From contig NC_068995.1 in assembly GCF_001194135.2 (NCBI RefSeq), positions 50,822,860-50,886,859 of the forward strand: a stretch of 64,000 bases of DNA. The letters run 5' to 3'. Positions 36,710-50,624 of the stretch are shown one piece after another. Every line of letters begins with the position of its first letter. Position 1 is the stretch's first letter. Source of the DNA: Octopus bimaculoides. Its lineage: Eukaryota. The notes below the pieces were generated by a model, which had not been told where the DNA came from, did no database searches, and worked only from the letters and a program-made list of their open reading frames with translations. A program made the position numbers and the translations under genes.

Positions 36710-38146
36710 TTTCTAAATGGTCTAAAGGTATGCAACACACCTGAAAATGATAACTGACACTACATCCAATTAATCTTTCACATGTTAGACTGTTAAAAAG
36801 TTGCAAATTCCAGCAGAAGGTACCTGCTTATCTAACATTTGTTTGATATTTGTTTCTCAAATATCAGCCCCATTGTACAAATAAACAAAATGATTACAGA
36901 AATTTTACAAAAATCCACTGCTAAAAATTAATTAGAATACCAAAGCAGTTTACGCGTCTAAGAAACAATTACTAGTTCAGAAGTACTTTTCCATGCTGGA
37001 ACAGACAAGATAATTCTTGTTGGAGCAATTCTTTTTACAGGTACACATTCTACCTATCACAAACTAAACGTAGAAGAAATGGGGTCAAAATTCTTGTCAG
37101 TCAGGATAACTGAGGCAGGCAGAGTTAGTTACGATAATCTATTGTATAACAAACTATTGACAGAATTTCTACATAATTTACACATACACACAGGTGTGTG
37201 TGTGTATGAATATGTATATGTATATAGGTATATATATATATATATATATATNNNNNNNNNNNNNNNNNNNNNNNNNNNNNNNNNNNNNNNNNNNNNNNNN
37301 NNNNNNNNNNNNNNNNNNNNNNNNNNNNNNNNNNNNNNNNNNNNNNNNNNNNNNNNNNNNNNNNNNNNNNNNNNNNNNNNNNNNNNNNNNNNNNNNNNNN
37401 NNNNNNNNNNNNNNNNNNNNNNNNNNNNNNNNNNNNNNNNNNNNNNNNNNNNNNNNNNNNNNNNNNNNNNNNNNNNNNNNNNNNNNNNNNNNNNNNNNNN
37501 NNNNNNNNNNNNNNNNNNNNNNNNNNNNNNNNNNNNNNNNNNNNNNNNNNNNNNNNNNNNNNNNNNNNNNNNNNNNNNNNNNNNNNNNNNNNNNNNNNNN
37601 NNNNNNNNNNNNNNNNNNNNNNNNNNNNNNNNNNNNNNNNNNNNNNNNNNNNNNNNNNNNNNNNNNNNNNNNNNNNNNNNNNNNNNNNNNNNNNNNNNNN
37701 NNNNNNNNNNNNNNNNNNNNNNNNNNNNNNNNNNNNNNNNNNNNNNNNNNNNNNNNNNNNNNNNNNNNNNNNNNNNNNNNNNNNNNNNNNNNNNNNNNNN
37801 NNNNNNNNNNNNNNNNNNNNNNNNNNNNNNNNNNNNNNNNNNNNNNNNNNNNNNNNNNNNNNNNNNNNNNNNNNNNNNNNNNNNNNNNNNNNNNNNNNNN
37901 NNNNNNNNNNNNNNNNNNNNNNNNNNNNNNNNNNNNNNNNNNNNNNNNNNNNNNNNNNNNNNNNNNNNNNNNNNNNNNNNNNNNNNNNNNNNNNNNNNNN
38001 NNNNNNNNNNNNNNNNNNNNNNNNNNNNNNNNNNNNNNNNNNNNNNNNNNNNNNNNNNNNNNNNNNNNNNNNNNNNNNNNNNNNNNNNNNNNNNNNNNNN
38101 NNNNNNNGTGTGTGTGTGTGTGTCTCTGTGTGTGTGTGAGTGTATG

Positions 38147-38182
<36 letters not shown>

Positions 38183-38662
38183 TATATATATATATATATA
38201 AATATATATATGTACATCTGTGTGTATATGTATATACATATATTATGTGTATGTGCGTGTGCATATATATATGTGCGTGCGTGCATATATACATGTGTGT
38301 GCGTGCATATATATATGTGTGTGCGTGCATATATATATGTGTGTGTGTGCAGTGTTGTTGAACCCATGGTAGTCACATGCAAGATGTCAACTGAATCAAT
38401 GTCGAGTGAGGATTATTCAATAACAACAATTGATTCTACCAAGTGATAAACACAGTGTTGCATGTTAAAGTGAAGTCATCATATGAAAGTTATCTACATA
38501 ACAAACGACCCTAACCCTTAACCAGCTTTCTATGAAAAGACAAATCACAATAGCAAATTAACACATTAAATCTGTCAATAATGCATTATATATTACACTT
38601 AGAAAGCTATTAAAGGTAAAAGAGAAGGAAAAATAATGAAGTTTGTAAATAAGCTTGCTTAC

Positions 38663-38726
38663 TCTCGGCCAGATCCAATTTTCCTTTTTCTTGCCACTTT
38701 ACCACTGTCTGGAGTTCCAGTAGAGC
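38663..38726 (-). CDS. ARNT: ARNT exon 2 (GSTGTPDSGKVARKRKIGSGR+GA), 64 nt, basic NLS-like RKRK
   Basis: Acceptor ctttggttttag|GC, donor GA|GTAAGC. Phases 1 and 2 join exon 1 and exon 3 in frame. The basic cluster before acidic DSDDDD mirrors the KRR...DFDDD N-terminus of vertebrate ARNT. Confidence 0.85.
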
Positions 38727-41589
38727 CTAAAACCAAAGACAAAGTGGAAAGAAAAATCACATGTTATATTTTGTCAAATTTATGAAGCTAATTCATAATA
38801 AAAATGTAAAAAAAAAAAAAATTATCAGGCAGCTTGTTTAGTTATCAATCGTGATAAAAACTATCAACTGATGTACAATTATGCAGTGAACTTTCCTATT
38901 GTTACTATAATCATCTCTGCTCTTGAGAATTAGCTAGTTGTATATCCCATTGACTGACTACACTGCATTTGATGGCATAAAACCTGCAGGGGTATATTAG
39001 ATGCACCCTAATTTCAGCACACATATTCAGGAAAAAAAGATTTCAAGGCATTAAAGAATGCAATATGGGTCCAACAGCATTTTGCCTGCCTTGACATTCT
39101 GAGCTCAAATTCCGATGAGGTTGACTTTGCCTTTCAACATTTTGGGGTCGATAAAAATCAACTGCCCCTCCCCCAGCAAATTTCAGGCCTTGTGCTTATA
39201 GTGGAAAGGAATTACAGTACTCATAACTCTTCTGTTTAATCAGAACTGATCTGAGGGCTAGGCAACAAATCTACGGGAGGGGTTTTTTTTTTCAAGAGTA
39301 GCTGGATGTCTCTCCCTTGACAAACCACTCAACTATGAAGTAAAAATGTAAAAAATGGATCCCCAGTGTATGATAAGCGGGCTGAAGAAATCAGAGGACC
39401 GTATTTTGAAGAATCAATGGATTAAATTGAATAGTGAGGATGGGGATATTATTTAAAAGGAAACAGAATCCATTGGGAACATGGTGTTTTTATTTTATAT
39501 TTTATAGTACAGGAACCCTTATGTTAAAAGGGGGAACTATAATTTACTGATTGACTGACCGGCAGTATATAATTAGTACAGATTTTATACACCTTGCAGG
39601 GATAGAATGCAAGTTTATTCCTTGGCAAGATTTTAAAATGAAAAACAGTAAAACACCAAACCTTTGGGGGAACTATAAAGCTTTAATAGCGTTCTGTTAT
39701 TCTGTTTATGCCAGCTAAGACCAGACTTCCTCCATGCAACTAAACAATATTGTGCTTAGACAGCATAAAAAAAACCCAACAGTTACAAAATAGTTATAAA
39801 ACAAAGAAGACCAAAACTACCAAAACAGTGTAAAGAAAATCTAAATGAGATTAGCAGATAAAAATCTGACTAGAAAAAACTTTAGATATTTTAAAGATTC
39901 ATGCTGTCTGCTAGAACTCTCCATCATCTGAATTATCGACACAGAAGCAGTAAATCATTATAGTATGTAGTATTTATAACTTTTAACATACATAATACAA
40001 CCACCAGGGAGAGTTAAAAAGAGCTACTATTTTTAACAAACAACACAAATTCTTGACTTTGTTTCTTTTTTTTTTTTTTTTGGCTAACGATGTTTATGAG
40101 GGGCAAGAATTAACAGTAGATTACTGACTCTATTAGAAATATAGAGTTATCTTTTATCTCGTTTTGGCATTTCTGTTCATGTTTCTATCTCAGAGCAGAT
40201 TAGAAAAAGCCAGACTGCAAGATATTCTATGTCTATTTTGCTATCTCATCTCACATGAAGTTCTAAAAGTTTTAAAACCAGACGTACTAAAACCATGATG
40301 GCGAAGATATCGTATGATAACACACAATAATCGTGGGAACAAAGATTATGAAGAAAAAGAACAAGAGAATACCCTGCCTCTAGCCATAGAATAAACATAG
40401 AATAAATAGATTGTTTATCCTAAAATTATATATATATATATAATACACACACACACGCACATACATATATATATATATATATATATANNNNNNNNNNNNN
40501 NNNNNNNNNNNNNNNNNNNNNNNNNNNNNNNNNNNNNNNNNNNNNNNNNNNNNNNNNNNNNNNNNNNNNNNNNNNNNNNNNNNNNNNNNNNNNNNNNNNN
40601 NNNNNNNNNNNNTATATAAATAATATATACACATACAAAACAGAAAGGAAAATAGCAAATCTTCTAGAAAAGTATGAAAAATTGTATTGATGACTTGTTG
40701 CCAAAATGTTGGATATCTAGGGACTAAAATTGTGTCAAATTCTTAAACTAGGAGAAGTTAGACTTAATCTGAACATGTAGATAACTAATTAGGAACATAA
40801 AGAGGAAGTTTCAACCCAGTGGCAAGAAGTTGTAAAGAAAAATATGACAAGTAGACTTAGATAGTAGTTTCCTAGTTTTCCGGCTATTTTGTGCAAATCT
40901 CTTAGTGATTTCGATCATCCTAGTACATCCTGCTAAAGTGATATTTAAGAAGTGAAGTGAATGAGGAGTCAAGCTTATTGCACTGAATGATGGGGTGGTT
41001 CTTAAAACTCCTAAAGTAATCAGATAAAATTAATCAAAATTTAAATTTGTTAAAAATCTGGGCTCACGTAAGAGGCAGGAACAGTTATCTTTTTTAAACT
41101 ACATTGAGAAATTTATTATGACCCTACAGGTTCAAATCATACAAGTAGGATATAAAACTTAATTTACTTAGTTAGAACCTATATAAGCACCATCACATTA
41201 CAGGATGTGTTTTGGTTAGTTATGTAAACGTTTTAATTTGCACAACAAACACCAACTTTGAATTACAGAAGGAACCTACTCTCAAAATAAAGGGAACCTC
41301 TCTCCAAGATTCCAGTCATGGCCAAATGAGATTAATAAAGAGGACAGTGTCCTAGTGAAAAACAAATATTTGAAAAAAAAGTTAATTTTTCCATAATTGT
41401 AAGGGTTGGATAGTTCAGCAAATGTTGATATTTTTCTAAGAATGATGGAAGCAGTCTCAAAGTTCCTGAATCTATAAGATAGAGCTGAATTTAGTGCATA
41501 TCCAATTTGAAATGCTCCAACATGACAAGTTGGAAGTTGTTCTTGTTTACCACTCCCACACAGCTTAGCTCCAGCTATGGCCATTCTGT

Positions 41590-41781
41590 CAGGTGTCTTG
41601 GGGAAATTTCAAACCTGGATTCTCATTCCTAAGGTATTTTTCGATGTTGTTATTATTATTATATGGCATAGTGGTTAAGAGCACGGGCTACTAACCCCAA
41701 GATTCTGAGTTCAATTCCATGCAGTAACCTGAATAATAAGATGAGGACAAATATCTGTCAAATGTAAATAATGTACATAAT
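41590..41781. mobile_element. Rearranged SINE family E copy
   Basis: Middle segment 41590-41660 is antisense. Head 41661-41739 (A box 41664-41674, B box 41709-41717) and tail 41740-41781 are sense. Confidence 0.75.
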
Positions 41782-42689
41782 TTCTCATCTCTTAAATATA
41801 GAACTGTAGAAACATAATAATTGTGTTGTAAGGAGAATGTAATTTTCTTTTTACACACACACACGCACATACATATGTATACATAGCTTCAAATATCAAC
41901 TTAAACTAGAAATAGTCTTTTTTTTCTCAATGCAGTAACACTCCTGTCATTTATTTGAGCACAATTTTAACACAAATTTTTATTTTTTATAATAATTTAA
42001 AGCAATATTTATTCATCATAGTTGAATACTTTAGGGGTTTATAGACCCCCACCCACTCACTGAATGCAATAAACTTGGCTCCTTATTCACTTACTTTTTA
42101 AATACCACTAAAGCATGATGCACTTGAATGATCACGATCATTCAAGAATTGTATGAAATAACCGGAAAACTAGGAAATACCAGTGAGTCGCAGACTATAG
42201 CTCTTGTTCAGGGCTACTTGTAATACATTTTTCTTTACAACTTTCTTTCACTGGATTTAAACTTCCTCCTTATATCTCCAACTAGTTGTTTACATGTTAG
42301 GAATAAGTTTAACTTTTTCTAGTTTAAGAATGTTACACAGTCTTCCGAAATATTAGCTGAAGTACTTGCAGTACCGGACCTCTCCAAATATATGATATTG
42401 AAGGAGGAAAAAAGGATTTAGGCATATGACAGTTTGAGAAATTTAGATTAAATACAAATTAGATACAATGGAATTGAGATATTAGATTGGTTGACTGATG
42501 CGGTATCATAACCTCATGTAGTCAAAAAAGTTTGGAAGTGCAGAAATACAGGATGATGTGCTAGCAACATAATGTCACTACTTTTGCTCAAGCAGTTTCA
42601 TACAAAGGTGCATTAATTGTTTGTTATTTAGATAACAGCTTTGATTGCGTAATGAAAAAATTACAATCAGAGCCATTTTATGCCACCTG

Positions 42690-43095
42690 TGGAGAAAAGG
42701 ACTGAGTGCAAGGGCAGCAGGAAAAGAAGTGCCGACCTCTAATTGTGGAGGGAACCTGTGGAAGAGGTAGACCCAGGAAGACATGGGAGGAGGTGGTGAA
42801 GCATGACCTTCGAATGTTGGGCCTCATGGAGGCCCAACTGAAACATTTGATGAGATATTGTGTTTGAGAAGACTCATCAAGCCCAGTGAAATTGTAGTTG
42901 TGGCCAATGCCAGTGTCACATAAAAGCACCCATTACACTCTCAGAGTGGTTGGTGTTATGAAGGGCATCCAGCTATAGAAATCATGCTAAACCAGACTGT
43001 AACCTGGGGTGGGCTCTCCTGTTTACCAGTTCCAGTCAAACCATCTAACCCATGCCAGCATGGAAAGCAGATGTTGAATGGTGATGTTGATGATG
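42690..43095 (+). mobile_element. Decayed RTE LINE 3' end
   Basis: GTCGRGRPRKTWEEVVKHDL remnant, 3' UTR, tail GATGTTGAATGGTGATGTTGATGATG. Confidence 0.8.
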
Positions 43096-44760
43096 AGTGC
43101 TACATACAATAATGCTTGGAGAAAAAAGAAAAGGATAATCACTGCTAGAATACTTTTAATCACAGGTATACTCGGTCAGTGCTAGCCCAACTCTAAGCAA
43201 AATGAGAAACTGAAACAATAAATACAAATCTATTGGAATGAAGTTTAACCTATTTATGACTATTTTTGTAACAAAATACAGTGTTTCAATATAATGGAAT
43301 ATTGCTCTGACATCTCGGACGGTGTTGTTTCAAGATCACATCCAGAGAAAGGCCATTTGGCTGATTGGTAGACTCACAGACATGATCCAGGCTCTGGCCC
43401 AAAGCCAATGCTGTCTCCTCACTTTCAGTTATTTCTACCACTAACACTAACAGCTTCTGTTTCTTGGAATTGGCTTATCTCATGCCATTTCTATTCAGGT
43501 ACTCTTGACTGATTTGTCTCTCTTTCTCTCATCATCCATGCTGTATCCAACCCATCAGGCTCTTCACAAACCACTACTGAGTCCTTCCACAGAATATCTA
43601 ACCTCTGGAATTTCACCCTGGCCTGTATCTTTCCTGGCAATGTCAGCTTGCTATAAATCTCACAGGTTTTGGAGGACCTGTGAAGGCTTCTCCTCCAGCG
43701 GGGATGAATTTTTTTTTTGGGGGGGGAGTAAACAAAATTAGGGTCAGAGATGAGATCAAAAGGGTTGAAGCTGTTGTTGATTGAAGCACTGAACAAAATC
43801 AGCAAAGTATCAAAATACTTAGTACCCAAAGTTATGTGACTAAATATATTATAGACCACTAAAACTGACCCTTGTGTAAAGTATATTGATGCAGGCTTCT
43901 CAAATTACTTCTTCAGTACATATGAACTACACTAAATTAGCCTCAGCCTTTTTTTTTTTTGAAGAAACCTTTCTATCTTTTCTTAAAGCTATCATTAATA
44001 ATGTATTTTCTTCTCTCAAGTCATCACTATTGACCTATTTCTCTATTCTACAGAGAAAATTAAAGGTAAACAACACAGTTGTTAATACCTGTAAGATAAA
44101 TCAATGTACTGACAGGCTAACAAGGAAACCTTAATGTGGTTGCTCAACCTGCTTGAAATAGTAGCGAAATATTCCTCAAATCATACCCTACAGTCTTAAA
44201 AACAGAAAGAACATATTGGGTAATGTAGTCTTAGATACCTCCAAAAAGAAGGGATTGTCATCATTGGAATGTCTATTATAAAACAATAGCAGCAATCAAT
44301 ATGGCGGTATCTCCAAGGAAATCCTTATATTATACTCAGTTACTCAGCAATTGTACTGTTGCAATCTACAGCAGATGTTTGGGTTTCATGAAAAGATACT
44401 AAAGACAAGACCAGGTTTGTGGAAAAGACCTGATAAAATGTTCTGTTTTCTAATCTTGGGGCAATAAAGCCCAAGTGGAAAAAAAAAACTGTATTTGGTT
44501 AGGGTCATACAAGTGATGCAGGCAGGAGAGCCCATAGACTCATGCACATCCTCACCTTGACATGAGAGGAAATATATTCCACAAAAAGGAACTAAAGAAA
44601 AAAACCCCAAAAAACTTAAAGCTCACCTCAGCTCTTTCATCTATGTCATTTTTGCACTTTGTTCTACATTGTAGCAGAAATATAAGGTACTAAAAGAGAA
44701 GCAAGAAGCTACAAGTAAAAATGTGGTAGCTGATATGAATGCGATGTATTCAATGGAATA

Positions 44761-44886
44761 TGATTTTGAGGTTTCTATTCATAGAAGCTTTTACAAGTCT
44801 GGCATGTGATCTAGATTGCATGTAGATAATATTAGACATCTCATACCAGACTTATACAGATTCCATGAATAGAAACCTTGAAAACA
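44761..44886. repeat. Imperfect inverted repeat, ~50-bp arms
   Basis: GGTTTCTATTCAT/ATGAATAGAAACC and AAGTCTGG/CCAGACTT pair with small bulges. Confidence 0.8.
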
Positions 44887-46181
44887 TCTTCCAACGGAAA
44901 CATAACAAGCAAGTGTCCTTCAACAGCTCCAATGTACATCTAATAAATATGTTACGAAGACAAAACGAGTACCAACTTTGGTAGTTCTCAAAACACTGAA
45001 ATTTTAAAAATGTTATTTAAAACTTTGTAAAAATCTATATTAATACTTAAGCACCTTGAGAAACATGTTATTTATAACTTTCTAATGTGCAAGTTCGAAG
45101 CTCCTCTCTAAAATATGGGTTTTGGCATCAAGTATTGAAAGGTTGTGCACAACATGAATGTACTGACCTTTGTAAACTAGCATGTTTCATATGAAAGTAG
45201 TAGCTGTGATGAGCTGTGGGTTGTATATTTTGTGGAGTATTATTGCTGAGATATTATTGTTTCCTGTGTTGTAAGTAGTAGATGGTGGGATATTTTAAAG
45301 TATCAGTTCCATTAAGTATAATGATCCTAAGAGCTCTCTTTGAGGATGTGACGAGTTGGTTAACAGGCCTTAGGTTTCTGTTTTGTAAACAATGGCTCTT
45401 CCTTGTCCAGTATACCTACAGTTTTTCATAATGCTCTAAGTCTCTGTGAGGCTATTTTACATACAGTTGAGATATGTTCAACCCAGATTGATATTCTGTT
45501 TGTGAATGCAAAATCTTAAGTTACTTTTCAAGGGGCTGTCTATGAAAACAAAAACAAAAAAAGTAAAAAAGGGGCAATTTAGAATCCTTTTTCTGTAACT
45601 GTGATATGTGCTAAGAGTCACCTGCTGGTTTACTCATGACAAAAAGAACCTTGTTTGGATGACTTGAGAAAGAACATAGAATGCACAAGCTCACATGAAA
45701 AAGTGTTTTCTCTTTTGTGCACAAGAGGGAATTAAGGACCGAGTCAGACCACCCAGCCTATGACAGTACATAAATACACAAGTAAAATGTCATGTGATGA
45801 TGAGGTAATACTACTCTGGAGCTTTGAAAACATGTATTTATGTTTGTAAGTAAAAAGGACCATAGCTACATGTCTGTCCAACTGGTTTTTCAGTTTCCAT
45901 ATATTTTTATTATGATGTAGTAGAAATGATTGTAATGAATTTTGGCCACTTTACTGTTCCTCCTTCCAGAGATACTAAAATAAGTACTGGTGTAAAACAA
46001 GATTTTGCTTTAATCACTATAACATCATCCACAAAATTGAAGATTTGTTCCAATGTAAGAAATCAATATATTTGATGTAGGGTGATCTAAAAGTATCATT
46101 TATGTGCAACATGTGATGAGGGTACTTGGTGCAAACGGCTTGACAGCTGCATATAATATCAAGTTACCTCGAACAGCAACT

Positions 46182-46225
<44 letters not shown>

Positions 46226-48238
46226 ATTTCGAGTGTGGCCGTTGCCAGTACCGCCTGACTAGCCTTCGTGCCGGTGGCACATAAAAGCACCCACTACATT
46301 CTCGGAGTAGTTAGCGTTAGGAAGGGCATCCAGCTGTAGAAACTCTGCCAAATCAGATTGGAACCTGGTGTAGTCACCTGGTTCACCAGTCATCATCATA
46401 TATGTATATATGTATGTATAAGTATGTATGTATATGTATGTGGTTGAAAAGCTTGCTTCCAACCATGTTGTTTTGGGTCCAGTCCTACTCCATGGCACCT
46501 TGGGCAAGTGTCTTCTGCTATATCCATGGGTCAACCAAAGCCTTGTGAGTCGATTTGGCAAATGGAAACTTAAAGAAACCGGTCACAGATATATGTATGT
46601 CCCCATCTTTGTCTTTTGTTGTTGCATCAGCTTTTTGAAGCTGGCAAACCATAAACTGAATAAAGATTTACTGATGCAGTATTTTACAGCAGATGCTCTT
46701 CCTGTTGCCAGCCCTTTAGAGTATAATTAATGCATGCATACATAAATATTATGTCTTTTGTTATTTCCAGTGATGGTTTCATGAAATCAGTATGTCAAAG
46801 AATTTAGACACACTGATCTTCAGCAGAATTTTGTTATAGTCACTGAAACAAAAAGACAAGAACTACAACAAATCCTTGCTGAAAATCTCTATCTCCAAAT
46901 TCTAGGAAATAGCTATAGGTACTAGAAAAGACCATACTAAATTTTATGAAGAAATCACAAGGCAACATAGGTGAGTCTTACAGCTCCAAACCTTCTGAAG
47001 TTATTACATACTCCTTGTAATTGAAAAACCATCTTCTGTGATTCATTTGCTTATTGTAGGGACTTACACAATGTCTGCTCATTTTATGCCAGATCCTAAA
47101 TTCAACCTAAATTTCATAGGGAATGGTTATACATATTTTATATTTTGTCTTGATAGCCAGTGCAGTAAACTCTAACTCATAGCAAGTTTTCTCTCTGATA
47201 TGCTGTAAAATAGCAATAATTACATTAGAATTACGTTTTTTTTTCTGACATGAAAGAAACCATATACAAATACAAAATTTCCTATGTTGATATTGTAATT
47301 ACGAAGACTGCAACCAGTTAATACCACTATTATCACCACTCCCCAACAAAACTTACTAGCAATAAACCCCCTCCATCAACATCGCCATCAGCAACATAAC
47401 TATCACAACCACCACCACCATCATCATCATCGTCTAGTAATGGTTACCATTACTATCAAACCACCATCAATAACGAAGAAGCATTGCTAGAAAGAGCAGT
47501 CAAATCTCCCTCATATCACAACTCATCTAGCTTTTTTAAAAAAAAGGTGGGGGGGGAGAAGAAGACGGTTAATGTAGTTTCAAATGGCTTTAAAGAGAGA
47601 GGATGGATGTGTTTGGAAAGTCTTTGATCAATCAAAGTTGACGTGGAGCAACGATATTATTTTGATAATCACCATCAACAATGCAAGAACTACTGCTACT
47701 ACCACCATCACCACCAACAACAACAATACTATTATTATATATTAAAGAAGAAAGAAAGAAAACAGAAACCGAAGAAAGTCGTAAACGACCAAAAGTATTC
47801 TTAGCAGTTTATAACAAATACTACCATAAACTCCACCCCCAAGAACAACACCATCAACATAACTAGTAACAACAATACTATACCCATGGTAACTACTACC
47901 AACAATACTACTACTGTAACCAGCACTACTAACAATACTATCTCTCTATCCTAACCACCACCAATGCTAGCGCCGTCATCACAACAAGCGATTACTATTA
48001 CTGCTATCTTCCGTATGAACAACTGATGTGGCCGCCAACAACACCGCACGCATCAGAATCGTTAGACTTAAGCAGAGTAAAAGAACTTTGTTTTTATTTG
48101 TGCAGATACACGATTTTATCACACACACACACACATATGCATGCATACACATGCACACATTAAAAAAAAACAGAATTAAATATATCTGAATGACGAACAA
48201 ACAACGAAAACATCAATAACCAGAACAGCTATAATATG

Positions 48239-48270
<32 letters not shown>

Positions 48271-50581
48271 GATGATGATGATGATGATGATGGCAATCGT
48301 CATTTAAATATGTTGAAAATTTCAATTAATTTTATACTCGGTGTAGAGTGGTGTTAATTAAAAGAAATGAAAGACAATCTAGTTTCAACAATCACAAATG
48401 ATTCGGATAAATAACACAGCACACGCACGCATACTCAACACGCGCTCTCACACACGCACGCATACACAACGTGCGCTCACACGCACGCATACACAACATG
48501 CGCTCTGACACTCACAGACAAACAGAGAGAGGGAGAGAGAGAGATGCGATTTTCATTGGAAAAACCACCGTCGTCATTACTACTACAAATACAGGACAGA
48601 AAGGGAAGGTAAGGGGCGTTGGGGGGGGGGNNNNNNNNNNNNNNNNNNNNNNNNNNNNNNNNNNNNNNNNNNNNNNNNNNNNNNNNNNNNNNNNNNNNNN
48701 NNNNNNNNNNNNNNNNNNNNNNNNNNNNNNNNNNNNNNNNNNNNNNNNNNNNNNNNNNNNNNNNNNNNNNNNNNNNNNNNNNNNNNNNNNNNNNNNNNNN
48801 NNNNNNNNNNNNNNNNNNNNNNNNNNNNNNNNNNNNNNNNNNNNNNNNNNNNNNNNNNNNNNNNNNNNNNNNNNNNNNNNNNNNNNNNNNNNNNNNNNNN
48901 NNNNNNNNNNNNNNNNNNNNNNNNNNNNNNNNNNNNNNNNNNNNNNNNNNNNNNNNNNNNNNNNNNNNNNNNNNNNNNNNNNNNNNNNNNNNNNNNNNNN
49001 NNNNNNNNNNNNNNNNNNNNNNNNNNNNNNNNNNNNNNNNNNNNNNNNNNNNNNNNNNNNNNNNNNNNNNNNNNNNNNNNNNNNNNNNNNNNNNNNNNNN
49101 NNNNNNNNNNNNNNNNNNNNNNNNNNNNNNNNNNNNNNNNNNNNNNNNNNNNNNNNNNNNNNNNNNNNNNNNNNNNNNNNNNNNNNNNNNNNNNNNNNNN
49201 NNNNNNNNNNNNNNNNNNGAGTATCTATGTGTGTCGCATGTTGAGCTATGTTCTGATAGATCAACGGAAATGGTCATTGGTAGCCAGAACAAATCTGACC
49301 ACAAGACGAATGGCAAAGAGATAGAGAGATGGACGAATTAGCTAATAACATTTCCCCACATAAACGAACAACCACTGTTCAGTTTGAGTGTGTGTGTGTG
49401 TCAGATGATACCTAGTAGATCATATAAATAAATATATATATATATTGAATTTCGTTTAATAAATATTTTGGAGAGACATTCTCTGATTCTAAACACCCTT
49501 TAGTGGTTCCTAAATGTCATAAACCAAATGAGTAAACAAGGTAGAAATAGAAACTAGAGCGCAGTCACAGAACTAGACCAGGCAAATAGTTTTAAAAGCG
49601 GATGTGTAAATAAATATGAATCAGATGGTTAGTTAGAGATCAGAGACGGAGTGTATATTAGGACATGGATATACTGAAGTCCTCTAGATGTGAAATGAAA
49701 TAAAAATACGTAAACAAAACCATTTGTTCGTTACGCCTTTTATTGATAATCCTTCTTCCTTCTCTGAAACCAGTGAGGGAACCTCTACGTGGTCGTTTTC
49801 GAAAGTAGAAATAGCAGCTGAATTTCTTTGAACTATGCCCTACCGTCTTGAAAAAAAAAAACGAACATATTGGACACTGTAGTTCTAGATATACGTAAAA
49901 ACAAGGTAGTCTCAGCTGAAATACCTTTGATCGTGGGTCTGCTCAATCAGAAATGATCTCGGGGTTAAACAACAACACTTCTAAAGCTTAGCATGTAGTA
50001 TTTAGTTATGTCAAAGATAATACCAGATCCTTCTCACATCAAATAAGTCAACTGCTCTCTCATATATGTGTACATACATTATATCTATATATATATATAT
50101 CTATATATATAATATGTTTACATTCTCAGTATTACGATCTGGATAAGAAGGAATCAAGGATTTGTTTATTTATTTATTAAAAGGTCCATAGCTGATCCAA
50201 GGGCTACGGCTGAATGCTACAGTAATTACAAGTACATGTTCAAAGAAATGAAGAAATAATTTAAACGAAACCAGTAAACGTGTCATATTATTCGTCTAAG
50301 TTTAATTAGAGAAGAGACGAGTGGAAATAATAAACAATAATTTTTTAAATAATTCTATTAGTAGTAGCATTATTAATGATAGTGATCAGGGTAAATAGTA
50401 TTGAGGAGAAGGGGTTGGATGATCGAAATGGAAAGGTCCATAGAATGAATGTGGAGTAAGTTAATAAGAGAAGTAGAATGAAATCGACATGGGTGAGTCT
50501 GTCTGTGTGACAATAGCAGCAAACACTACTACACACACATCTTTTTTTTCCGTGTTGTAAAAGTGAAAAAATGCCACTTAC

Positions 50582-50624
50582 CGGAACCCGACGGACCTGG
50601 TGATACTGTAGCCGCTGCAGCCAT
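50582..50624 (-). CDS. ARNT: ARNT exon 1 coding part (MAAAATVSPGPSGS+G), 43 nt
   Basis: gcaATGG good Kozak context, no upstream ATG in the ~150 nt 5' of it, donor CCG|GTAAGT, phase 1 matches exon 2, CpG-rich setting. Confidence 0.85.

Larger units (their letters stand above)
350..50624 (-). other. ARNT: ARNT gene span (bHLH-PAS class II; HIF-1beta/tango orthologue), 14 coding exons in window, 3' end beyond left edge
   Basis: Spliced translation begins [166 protein letters not shown] and [31 protein letters not shown] are ARNT/Tango signatures, distinct from BMAL1/cycle. All 13 internal introns are GT-AG with matching phases. Confidence 0.97.

Noticed and set aside
33926-38446. Long ORFs made of X or microsatellite translation (also 22645-23340, 48471-49341, 61293-61907)
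   Set aside because: Artefacts of N-gaps and (CA)n/(TA)n tracts. Only the RTE part at 36348-36709 is real coding remnant.
39270-39420. Possible mariner C-terminal remnant (VYDKRAEEIRGPYFEE)
   Set aside because: Similarity too weak to support without a search.
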